Both the position numbers and the translations under genes were made by a program. Source: an uncultured Bacteroidales bacterium (GTDB lineage Bacteria; Bacteroidota; Bacteroidia; Bacteroidales; CAIWKO01). Taken from it: a stretch of DNA of 64,000 nucleotides. The notes beneath the pieces were generated by a model that did not search any database, was not told where the DNA came from, and worked only from the letters and a program-made list of their open reading frames with translations. Positions within the stretch are counted from its first letter, which is position 1. Each line of letters opens with the position of its first letter. This document shows, piece by piece, positions 46,687 through 54,476 of this stretch. The stretch spans positions 2,494 to 66,493 of the forward strand of contig CAYXXU010000009.1 of assembly GCA_964469155.1 (NCBI GenBank), written 5' to 3'.

Positions 46687-48555
46687 ATGAAAATTTTAGG
46701 AATATCGGCTTATTATCATGATTCGGCGGCAGCAATAATCAGCGATGGCAAGATATTGGCGGCAGCCCAGGAAGAAAGGTTTACGCGCATCAAACAAGAT
46801 GAATCATTCCCTACTCAAGCGATTAAATACTGTCTTGAGGTTTCGGGATTCTCATTATCCCAACTGGATGCTATAGTGTTTTACGACAAACCCCTGCTGA
46901 AATTCGAAAGACTGTTGGAAACGTTTTATACCAACGCTCCCAAAGGATTAAAAACGTTTATCACTTCTATGCCGGTTTGGATAAAAGAAAAGATCTTTCT
47001 GAAGAAATTGCTGCTTGACGAACTGTATAAGATTGAAAAATGCAAAAGATCGAAATTGAAACTGCTTTTCACCGAACATCATTTGTCACATGCGGCCTCA
47101 GCTTTTTATCCTTCGGGTATGCAAGAGGCAGCCATTGTAACTTTGGATGGGGTGGGCGAATGGGCCACAGCTTCTATTTGCCATGGAAAAGGGAATTCGA
47201 TAGAAATATTAAAAGAACTGCGTTTTCCTCATTCCCTGGGGTTGTTGTATTCAGCTTTTACCTACTTTCTGGGATTTAAAGTAAATTCGGGGGAGTACAA
47301 ACTGATGGGGCTGGCCCCATACGGAAATGCAAGGTCTGAGAACACCCTGAAATATATTAAGATTATACGCGAAAAGCTGGTTGGTATAAAAGAAGACGGC
47401 TCCATAGTATTGGATCTGAGCTATTTTAATTATGAGACTGGGCTTCGCATGATACACGAAAAAAAGTGGGAAGCGCTATTTGGGTTCAAAACAAGATCGC
47501 CGGAATCGGAGACCCTTCAGGAGCATTGCGACCTAGCTTATGCCATTCAGCATATCACCAATGAGATCGTTCTTAAAATCGCCCAAACCGCCCAACGCCT
47601 TACGGGATCTGAAAATCTATGTCTTGCTGGAGGCGTTGCGCTAAATTGTGTGGCAAACGGTCATCTGTTACGATCAGAATTGTTTAAGAACATCTTTATC
47701 CAGCCGGCAGCAGGCGATGCAGGTGGAGCATTGGGTGCTACTTTGGCTGCATATTATATTTATTTTGGCAGGGAAAGAATTACCCATACAGAAAAGGTTG
47801 TTGACAGTATGCAAGGTGCATACCTCGGACCGGAGTATTCGGATACGACCATAGAGGCCATGGCGAGAAAACATGATGCCGTATTTGTAAAACAGCAACA
47901 CTTTGATGAGGTTGCCGAAATAACGGCTCGTTTACTCAACGACGGAAATGTCGTTGGATGGTTTCAGGGCAGGATGGAATTTGGCCCCCGGGCATTGGGC
48001 AACCGAAGCATTCTGGGCGATGCCAGAAACCCCGAAATGCAGAAAAAGCTGAACCTTAAGATTAAATATAGGGAGGGTTTTCGCCCTTTTGCCCCCTCAG
48101 TCCTTGCTGAAGAGGTGAGCGATTATTTCGAAATAAAAGATTCATCGCCTTATATGCTTTTGGTTGCAGACGTGGTTTCAGAACGAAGAAAATCCTTACC
48201 GGATAATTATTCCCAAATGCCCCTGATGCAAAAACTATACATTCAGCGTTCCGATATTCCGGCAATAACTCATGTGGATTTTTCGGCAAGGGTGCAGACG
48301 GTTCAAAAGGAAACCAATGAAAGATACTGGACCCTGATCAATAAATTTAAGGCGTTGACCGGTTACGGAGTTATCGTAAATACCAGTTTCAATGTAAGAG
48401 GCGAACCTATAGTCTGTTCTCCCGAAGATGCTTATATTTGCTTCATGAATACTGAAATGGATTACCTGGTGATGGGAAACTATATCTTTGACAAAAAATT
48501 GCAATTGAAAAAAGAGAACAACGAACAATTTGTTTCACAAATAAAACCGGATTAA
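46687..48555 (+). CDS. carbamoyltransferase (NodU/CmcH family)
   Basis: 622 aa. MKILGISAYYHDSAAAIISDGKILAAAQEERFTRIKQDESFP is the family-typical N-terminus. C-terminal NTSFNVRGEPIVCSPEDA. Confidence 0.9.
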   Translation: MKILGISAYYHDSAAAIISDGKILAAAQEERFTRIKQDESFPTQAIKYCLEVSGFSLSQLDAIVFYDKPLLKFERLLETFYTNAPKGLKTFITSMPVWIKEKIFLKKLLLDELYKIEKCKRSKLKLLFTEHHLSHAASAFYPSGMQEAAIVTLDGVGEWATASICHGKGNSIEILKELRFPHSLGLLYSAFTYFLGFKVNSGEYKLMGLAPYGNARSENTLKYIKIIREKLVGIKEDGSIVLDLSYFNYETGLRMIHEKKWEALFGFKTRSPESETLQEHCDLAYAIQHITNEIVLKIAQTAQRLTGSENLCLAGGVALNCVANGHLLRSELFKNIFIQPAAGDAGGALGATLAAYYIYFGRERITHTEKVVDSMQGAYLGPEYSDTTIEAMARKHDAVFVKQQHFDEVAEITARLLNDGNVVGWFQGRMEFGPRALGNRSILGDARNPEMQKKLNLKIKYREGFRPFAPSVLAEEVSDYFEIKDSSPYMLLVADVVSERRKSLPDNYSQMPLMQKLYIQRSDIPAITHVDFSARVQTVQKETNERYWTLINKFKALTGYGVIVNTSFNVRGEPIVCSPEDAYICFMNTEMDYLVMGNYIFDKKLQLKKENNEQFVSQIKPD

Positions 48556-48561
48556 AATATT

Positions 48562-48711
48562 ATGGGCGCTTTAAAAGACTTATGGGATTTTCTGAAAGTA
48601 CGCAAGAAATGGTGGCTTGTGCCAATCATCATTGTGTTACTGTTGGTAGGAGTACTAATTGTTTTTGGGAGCGGATCGGCTGTTGCTCCTTTTGTTTATA
48701 CCTTATTCTAA
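48562..48711 (+). CDS. small membrane protein, DUF5989-like (not in the ORF track, 49 aa)
   Basis: ATG at 48562 to TAA at 48709-48711: MGALKDLWDFLKVRKKWWLVPIIIVLLLVGVLIVFGSGSAVAPFVYTLF. It starts 6 nt after the carbamoyltransferase stop. As I recall, the sequence pattern and this position match the small protein usually found after NodU-type carbamoyltransferases. Confidence 0.65.
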   Translation: MGALKDLWDFLKVRKKWWLVPIIIVLLLVGVLIVFGSGSAVAPFVYTLF

Positions 48712-48863
48712 TTGTGTCTGTATGAAAGCCTCAGCTACTTCGTTGTTCTTGTCTTTCAAATCAGTCATTTACAATAGTAAACTCCTGATCTTCAATCCTA
48801 CGAAGCGCCTCATATTTGAGCCTTTCATTTCAGCCACAGAATAATGTTCTCAACAAAAAACCC

Positions 48864-49217
48864 ATGAAAAAGGACAATCCAAAAGATGCAATAATAGCCA
48901 TTACAGGCGGCCTGTTGATTTTTTATCTGATCTATAAATTAATCGCCTTGCTGATCATAGCTATGTGTTTATTAGCCATTGGTTTGTTTTCGACTTTTCT
49001 TTCTGCAAAAATTTCATGGTTGTGGATGGGATTGGCAAAAATGTTGGGTTATATAAATTCACGAATATTGCTGGGTCTTATCTTTTTCCTGATACTGACA
49101 CCTTTGGCTGCCCTCAGAAGATTGTTCAGACCCAAAGAAAAAAGAACTGAAAAAAGTAGTTCTTTTTTTTACAGAAACCACGAATATGTCTCAAGCGATT
49201 TCGAAAAACCTTTTTAA
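48864..49217 (+). CDS. SxtJ-like small membrane protein
   Basis: I prefer the ATG at 48864 (MKKDNPKD). 117 aa with 3 TM segments. GYINSRILLGLIFFLILTPLAALRRLF resembles the conserved SxtJ-family block. Third member of the carbamoyltransferase trio. Confidence 0.6.
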   Translation: MKKDNPKDAIIAITGGLLIFYLIYKLIALLIIAMCLLAIGLFSTFLSAKISWLWMGLAKMLGYINSRILLGLIFFLILTPLAALRRLFRPKEKRTEKSSSFFYRNHEYVSSDFEKPF

Positions 49218-49297
49218 AAAACCTGTTTACACAATCTGTTTTATAGTCTCTTTTCTAACACCTCCTCAACACATGCAGTCCGCACAATTACATTGCT

Positions 49298-49486
49298 GTC
49301 ACGCATCATTGTTAAGGTGTCACTCATCATTGTCAGACCGTCACGCATCATTGTTAAGCTGGCACGCATCAATGTTAAGGTGGCACGCATCATTGTCAGA
49401 CCGTCACGCATCATTGTTAAGGTGACACGCATCATTGTCAGACCGTCAAGCATCAATGATAAGGTGGCACGCATCGTTACTGAAAA
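49298..49486. repeat. 21-bp tandem repeat, 8 good units plus 1 degenerate
   Basis: Units start at 49298, 49319, 49340, 49361, 49382, 49403, 49424, 49445 and 49466. There are two sub-types: GTCACGCATCATTGTTAAGGT and GTCACTCATCATTGTCAGACC. A possible degenerate unit lies at 49277-49297. Confidence 0.9.
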
Positions 49487-49585
49487 TTTCTTTAGCATTT
49501 CATAAGGGTCTATTCCCATTTCAGAGAACTCCCGCGGCATTTCAATAAATTAACTAATTTCGTAACTCCTTTAATTTAGTACCAT

Positions 49586-50443
49586 TTGGAAAGTCAAAAT
49601 AAAATAATACACGGCTTGTGGATAGGAAAAACCCTTTCCCCCATAGAACTTCTGTGTATAAAGTCGTTTTTGTTCCATGGCCACGAATTCCACTTGTGGG
49701 CTTACGATGTGATTGAAACATCCTTGCCGGAAGGAGTGATTTTAGAAGATGCGTGTCTCATCATTCCAAGTGAAAAGGTATTCTATTATAAGAACAAAAA
49801 CCAGTTCGGCCATGGAAAAGGAAGCTTTGCCGGGTTTTCCGACATCTTTCGTTACAAATTACTCTATGAAAAAGGAGGCTGGTGGGTGGATATGGATGTT
49901 TGTTGCCTGAAGCCTTTTGATTTTGCGCAAGAATATGTTTTTCGAAGTCATCATGATTTTCCCGTGGTAGGCAATATCATGAAATGTCCCAAAGGAAGTG
50001 AACTTATGAAGGTATGTTATGAGGAAGCCATGACCCAAGTGAATTCAGAAAACAGGGATTGGAACAAACCTATTGTGATTCTGAACAACAATATAAAGAA
50101 TCTTGGATTAGAAAATTTCACGATCACTTTATCCAATGCTGATAGCTGGCTGGTGGTAAGAAAACTGATCAATTCTGTTCAACCCCTTCCCGACACATGG
50201 TATGCCATACATTGGATCAATGAAGAGTGGCGGGCCAATGCGGTCAATAAAAAAGCCTTGAGCAGTAAAAGCACGATGGGCTTTTTATTAAAAAGCTATG
50301 GACTTTACGAAAAACCCGCATTTCTAAAATTATTAGTAAATAATTATAAACTTAGCTGGTTCGGATTTTTTATCAAAAAGGCACCCCTATATTTCTACCA
50401 GTATATTAAGAACTTTGTGATGTTCCATTCAAAAAAATGTTAA
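49586..50443 (+). CDS. glycosyltransferase, GT32-like (Gly_transf_sug / DXD)
   Basis: 285 aa. TTG is the only start candidate after the upstream in-frame TAG. IIHGLWIG... and FAGFSDIFRYKLLYEKGGWWVDMDV match the GT32 sugar-transferase motif. Confidence 0.7.
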   Translation: MESQNKIIHGLWIGKTLSPIELLCIKSFLFHGHEFHLWAYDVIETSLPEGVILEDACLIIPSEKVFYYKNKNQFGHGKGSFAGFSDIFRYKLLYEKGGWWVDMDVCCLKPFDFAQEYVFRSHHDFPVVGNIMKCPKGSELMKVCYEEAMTQVNSENRDWNKPIVILNNNIKNLGLENFTITLSNADSWLVVRKLINSVQPLPDTWYAIHWINEEWRANAVNKKALSSKSTMGFLLKSYGLYEKPAFLKLLVNNYKLSWFGFFIKKAPLYFYQYIKNFVMFHSKKC

Positions 50444-50475
50444 GAAAAAAGCAAGAATAAAAGACAATATAAAAA

Positions 50476-50675
50476 TACAAAATAGGTTATTTCATGTTTT
50501 TTTGCCACTAAGGCACCAAGTCACCAAGAAACACAAAATGGTATTAACAAGAGTGTTTTTTATATGTCCACCAGATTGGCGAATTGTGTCTTTGAATCCT
50601 TGCATGAGGTCAGGCAGGTTTGTGGCATTTTAAAAACCACCTTGTGTTTATAATTATCAATTTTTAAACAGCCTC
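50476..50675. repeat. intergenic repeat element, intact copy (~200 bp)
   Basis: TACAAAATAGGTT...TTTTTTGCCACTAAG...CACCAAGAAACACAAAATGGTATTAACAAGAGTG...TTTGTGGCATTTTAAAAA...TTAAACAGCCTC. A second, interrupted copy lies at 52348-52836. Confidence 0.75.
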
Positions 50676-50680
50676 AAAGA

Positions 50681-52210
50681 CTAGGCCATCTTAAAAGAGA
50701 ATTTTTCGCGGAAATAAACCGTTAGGTTTTCCACCGCTATTCTATCCTGCACCATAGTATCCCTGAAACGAACCGTAACCGTATTTTCTGTTAGTGTTTC
50801 GTTGTCGATGGTGATACAATAAGGCGTTCCGATGGCATCCTGACGACGGTATCTTCTTCCAATGGCGTCCTTTTCGTCATACTGACACATATAGTCGTAT
50901 TTCAACAAATCAAAAACCTGACGGGCCTTCTCAGGGAAGCCATCCTTTTTAACCAGAGGAAGCACAGCTATTTTCAAAGGAGCCAGAATGGGTGGAATAT
51001 TTAATAATTCCCTTACGGAACCGTCTTCCAGCTTTTCTTCTTTATAGGAGTTGCTAAGTATAGCAAGGAACATGCGGTCCAGTCCTATAGAGGTTTCAAC
51101 CACAAAAGGAACATAACTTTCGTTGGTTTCCGGATCAAAATACTGAAGTTTTTTACCGGAGAATTTCTGGTGAGCATTCAAATCGAAATCGGTACGGGAA
51201 TGTATGCCCTCGAGTTCTTTGAAACCAATAGGAAATTCAAACTCAATATCGCTGGCAGCATTGGCATAATGAGCCAGTTTTTCATGTTTGTGAAAGCGGT
51301 ATTTGGAAGGAGAAATGCCCAGGGATAAATGCCATTTCATGCGAAGGTCTTTCCAGTATTCGTACCATTTCAATTCTTCGCCCGGGCGGACAAAGAATTG
51401 CATTTCCATTTGCTCGAATTCGCGCATACGGAAAATGAACTGACGGGCCACGATCTCATTACGAAAAGCCTTACCGGTTTGGGCAATGCCGAAAGGAACC
51501 TTCATACGGCCCGATTTCATTACGTTCAGGAAGTTCACAAAGATACCCTGGGCTGTTTCCGGTCGCAGGTATAAGGTATTAGAATCATCTGTCACCGAAC
51601 CCATCTGGGTAGAAAACATCAGATTGAATTGACGCACCTCGGTCCAGTTCTTGGAACCCGAAACGGGACAAACGATGCCCAGTTCTTCGATCAATGATTT
51701 AACCCCTGACAGATCACCCTGTTCCAACATGGAATAGAAACGTGATGTGATATCGTTGATCTTATTCTGATATTCCGTCACACGGGGATTGGTCTCGCGA
51801 TAAAGTTTTTCATCGAAGGTTTCTCCGAATCTTTGTGCGGCCTTAATAACTTCTTTTTCTATCTTGTCTTCAATTTTGGCAATATAGTCTTCCACCAAAA
51901 CATCTGCTCGATAGCGTTTTTTGGAATCCTTGTTATCAATCATGGGATCATTAAAAGCATCCACATGTCCGGAAGCTTTCCAGATGGTGGGGTGCATAAA
52001 AATAGCGGAATCAATTCCCACAATGTTTTCATTATACTGAACCATCCATTTCCACCAATAAGTGCGAATGTTGTTTTTCAGCTCCACACCATACTGACCG
52101 TAATCATAAACAGCACTCAGGCCGTCGTAGATCTCACTCGAAGGAAATACAAACCCGTACTCCTTGGCATGTGAGATGATCTTCCTAAATAATTCTTCGT
52201 TATTTGCCAT
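50681..52210 (-). CDS. glyQS: glycine--tRNA ligase (class II, homodimeric type)
   Basis: I prefer the ATG at 52210 (MANNEELFRKII). SEIYDGLSAVYDYGQYGVELKNN, FRNEI..R.FIFRMREFEQMEMQFF (motif 2), ETSIGLDR. Confidence 0.95.
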   Translation of the reverse strand: MANNEELFRKIISHAKEYGFVFPSSEIYDGLSAVYDYGQYGVELKNNIRTYWWKWMVQYNENIVGIDSAIFMHPTIWKASGHVDAFNDPMIDNKDSKKRYRADVLVEDYIAKIEDKIEKEVIKAAQRFGETFDEKLYRETNPRVTEYQNKINDITSRFYSMLEQGDLSGVKSLIEELGIVCPVSGSKNWTEVRQFNLMFSTQMGSVTDDSNTLYLRPETAQGIFVNFLNVMKSGRMKVPFGIAQTGKAFRNEIVARQFIFRMREFEQMEMQFFVRPGEELKWYEYWKDLRMKWHLSLGISPSKYRFHKHEKLAHYANAASDIEFEFPIGFKELEGIHSRTDFDLNAHQKFSGKKLQYFDPETNESYVPFVVETSIGLDRMFLAILSNSYKEEKLEDGSVRELLNIPPILAPLKIAVLPLVKKDGFPEKARQVFDLLKYDYMCQYDEKDAIGRRYRRQDAIGTPYCITIDNETLTENTVTVRFRDTMVQDRIAVENLTVYFREKFSFKMA

Positions 52211-52347
52211 GTTGCAAAAGTAACACAAATTTCAATTTTATGCTACGTTGGTTTCTGATTGAATTCCAAATTAGGCGAATCAATTCTATAATTATGATAT
52301 CGTCTCATAATAGAATCAAGAATCCGGACTTAGAGACTATTTAAATT

Positions 52348-52386
52348 TACAAAATAGGTTTATTACTTGTTTTTTTTGCCACTAAG
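52348..52386. repeat. intergenic repeat element, left part of the interrupted copy
   Basis: TACAAAATAGGTTTATTACTTGTTTTTTTTGCCACTAAG aligns with 50476-50512. Confidence 0.7.
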
Positions 52387-52701
52387 TCCTCACTGCTTTA
52401 AAAACCGAACCTCAAAACAGATAACCTGAATTGGCAGCCATTTTTATTTCCCTTTGATCTCGCTGAATTACGAAGATAAATTAACCACAAAGCGCACAAA
52501 GGTTTTTCACAAAGGACACAATGATTTCTATGTGAACATTGTGTTCTTTTCCTTGTGAGCATTGTGGTTTCCTTTTTTTGTTTCCTGCTGATTTACGCAG
52601 ATTATTTATCTTGCTTTTTTTCATCAGCGATTATCTGCGGAATCTGCGGGAACTCCTTAAAAAACATACTTGAATTAAAGTAACTTCCAGTTTGTTATAA
52701 T
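52387..52701. repeat. nested insertion of a second, hairpin-forming repeat type (~315 bp)
   Basis: This segment is absent from the copy at 50476-50675. It contains the imperfect inverted repeat AACCACAAAGCGCACAAAGG (52483-52502) / CCTTGTGAGCATTGTGGTT (52551-69) and the inner ACACAATG/CATTGTGT pair. It also contains CTGCTGATTTACGCAGATTA...CAGCGATTATCTGCGGAATCTGCGGGAA blocks, which resemble REP/MITE-like Bacteroidota intergenic repeats. Confidence 0.6.
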
Positions 52702-52836
52702 AGGCACCATCCGCCGCAGCGGACACCAAGAAACACAAAATGCTATTAACAAGAGTGTTTCCTTTGTGAAACTTTAAGTCTTTGTGGCATATTAAAAAGC
52801 ATTTTGTATTTATTGTTATCGGTTTTAAACAGACTC
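52702..52836. repeat. intergenic repeat element, right part of the interrupted copy
   Basis: AGGCACCA...CACCAAGAAACACAAAATGCTATTAACAAGAGTG...CTTTGTGGCATATTAAAAA...TTAAACAGACTC aligns with 50512-50675. Confidence 0.7.
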
Positions 52837-52863
52837 TTATTTCTTTACAGATGACAATCGGGT

Positions 52864-53121
52864 TTAATCGTAATGAAACCTGTATTTGGCAATAAGTATA
52901 GCATCGTCAGTAGCCTGATAAATCAAACGGTGTTCTCCATCAATTCTGCGCGACCAAAACCCGCTGTACTTATATTTTAATGGTTCCGGTTTCCCCTTAC
53001 CTGAAAAAGGATTACGTGCAATATCTTTCAACAAATCGTTAATCTTGGTGAGAATTTTTTTGTCGGTTTTTTGCCAATACAAATAGTCTTCCCAGGATTC
53101 GTCAACGAATATGTACTTCAT
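52864..53121 (-). CDS. yoeB: type II toxin, YoeB/Txe family
   Basis: 85 aa. WEDYLYWQKTDKKILTKINDLLKDIARNPFSGKGKPEPLKYKYSGFWSRRIDGEHRLIY is a near-textbook YoeB sequence. Confidence 0.9.
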   Translation of the reverse strand: MKYIFVDESWEDYLYWQKTDKKILTKINDLLKDIARNPFSGKGKPEPLKYKYSGFWSRRIDGEHRLIYQATDDAILIAKYRFHYD

Positions 53122-53372
53122 TTTACTACAAGGTCTTTTGGAAATGATGATCCCTTTTTCAGTTTTTCAATAGCAGAATCTAATCTGTCCTCATTCTTTT
53201 TGGAGGACAACTCATGATGAGTGGCCTTCAATGAATTATATTCGTCCAAGGATATGACCACAACGCCGTTATCCTTACCCCTGTTGATTATCAGTGTTTC
53301 AAAATTATCGGTCACACGATCAAGATATCTTTTAATATCTTTTCGAAAATCGGAAATGGTGGTTGTAAACAT
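53118..53372 (-). CDS. yefM: type II antitoxin, Phd/YefM family
   Basis: 84 aa. FRKDIKRYLDRV...ETLIINRGKDNGVVVISLDEYNSLKAT. ATGA overlap with yoeB. Confidence 0.9.
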   Translation of the reverse strand: MFTTTISDFRKDIKRYLDRVTDNFETLIINRGKDNGVVVISLDEYNSLKATHHELSSKKNEDRLDSAIEKLKKGSSFPKDLVVK

Positions 53373-53384
53373 GATCTTTCTTTT

Positions 53385-53414
53385 TGTACATTATTTTGTA
53401 CAAAATTAAGTACA
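53385..53414. promoter_or_regulatory. candidate YefM-YoeB operator: TGTACA, TGTACA, aGTACA at 12-bp phasing
   Basis: Hexamers at 53385-53390, 53397-53402 and 53409-53414, lying 13-42 nt upstream of the yefM start. As I recall, the E. coli yefM-yoeB operator uses TGTACA cores 12 bp apart. Confidence 0.55.
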
Positions 53415-53471
53415 AATTTTGAACTTTTAGTATTTTTTCAAAAGTATTATTTAACAGATCAGAAATTCTAC

Positions 53472-54467
53472 TCATTCATTACAATTCCTGCAAATCTCAA
53501 TATCCTTTCTTTGGGTAAAAACTTTTGTCCGAAAATCATTGTACGCCTGACTTTCCCAAATGTCATTCAGGCTTTGGTTATGGATATTCCCGAAAGCATG
53601 GTCTGCGTTTTTATCAAAACAGCAGGGAACCACATCTCCGTTCCAGGTGATCACGCATGAATTCCACATGCGGAAACAGAAATTGTAAAGTTCTTTTTTG
53701 ATGCTTACATTTCCGTCGGTTGATACTTTGTACCTCGACTGCTCATCAGGCAACCATTCGGCAGCCTGCTCAAAATGTATCAGCTGCATGGATTTGATAG
53801 CAACCTTATCCACCCCCAGGGTTTTCTTAAAAGCCTTAATTTGTTTTAGCTGGACTTGGTTCTTTTTATGCAGTAGGAATTGTAGTTCAATGAAAGGATG
53901 ATTCCTTCTCATCTGTTTTTTTGCCGCCACCAGTGCTTTGATCCCCTCTATCACTTTATCGAAATCACCGCCTTTTCGGTATTGCTGATAGGTTTCTGCA
54001 TCGGTACCATCCAGCGAAACTATGATTTTATCCAATCCGGAATCGATAACAGCATTGATATTGTCAGCAGACAAATAATGCGCATTCGTCGAAATGGCCA
54101 CATAAAATTTTGCCTGTTTTGCTTGGCCAATAAAGCTCCCCAGATCTTTATTCAGAAAGGGTTCGCCCTGAAAATACAAATTCAGATAGAAGGCAAAAGG
54201 TGAGGCTTGTTGAAGTATCTTTTCAAAAGTTTCACTGTCAAGCATGCCCTTGGGACGGGTAAACCCTTTATCCGTAGTGAAGCATTGGGGGCATTTTAAA
54301 TTGCATTGAGTGGTGGGTTCAACCGATATGAAACCCGGCAGTCCTTTATGGATTATCTTTTTAGTGACTTTTGTCCTGTGAAAACTCCATTTGATTAACA
54401 GATAATTTATTATTCTCGCAATAGAAAGTACCCGCAACAATCTAAGAAGATCACAGATGAAAGCCAT
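53472..54467 (-). CDS. radical SAM protein with C-terminal twitch/SPASM-type Cys motif
   Basis: 331 aa. PTTQCNLKCPQC (CX3CX2C), FQGEPFL. C-terminal CFRMWNSCVITWNGDVVPCC and CRNC. Confidence 0.85.
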   Translation of the reverse strand: MAFICDLLRLLRVLSIARIINYLLIKWSFHRTKVTKKIIHKGLPGFISVEPTTQCNLKCPQCFTTDKGFTRPKGMLDSETFEKILQQASPFAFYLNLYFQGEPFLNKDLGSFIGQAKQAKFYVAISTNAHYLSADNINAVIDSGLDKIIVSLDGTDAETYQQYRKGGDFDKVIEGIKALVAAKKQMRRNHPFIELQFLLHKKNQVQLKQIKAFKKTLGVDKVAIKSMQLIHFEQAAEWLPDEQSRYKVSTDGNVSIKKELYNFCFRMWNSCVITWNGDVVPCCFDKNADHAFGNIHNQSLNDIWESQAYNDFRTKVFTQRKDIEICRNCNE

Positions 54468-54476
54468 TTTTCCCTG

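Noticed and set aside
48659-48844. Track ORF 48659..48844 between the DUF5989-like and SxtJ-like genes
   Set aside because: It starts inside the 49-aa DUF5989-like ORF in another frame and runs through the spacer. It has no motif, and there is no room for its own promoter.
49298-49486. Possible CRISPR array, because of the regularly spaced 21-bp repeats
   Set aside because: The units are directly contiguous with no spacers, and 21 bp is shorter than typical CRISPR repeats. No cas genes are present in the window. It is a plain tandem repeat.
49186-49540. Track ORFs 49186..49425 (+), 49293..49505 (+) and 49241..49540 (-) as protein-coding genes
   Set aside because: All three owe their openness to the same 21-bp repeat, whose length is a multiple of three. 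At most one can be real, and I cannot choose between them from the sequence. I annotated the repeat only and raised the coding question as a finding.
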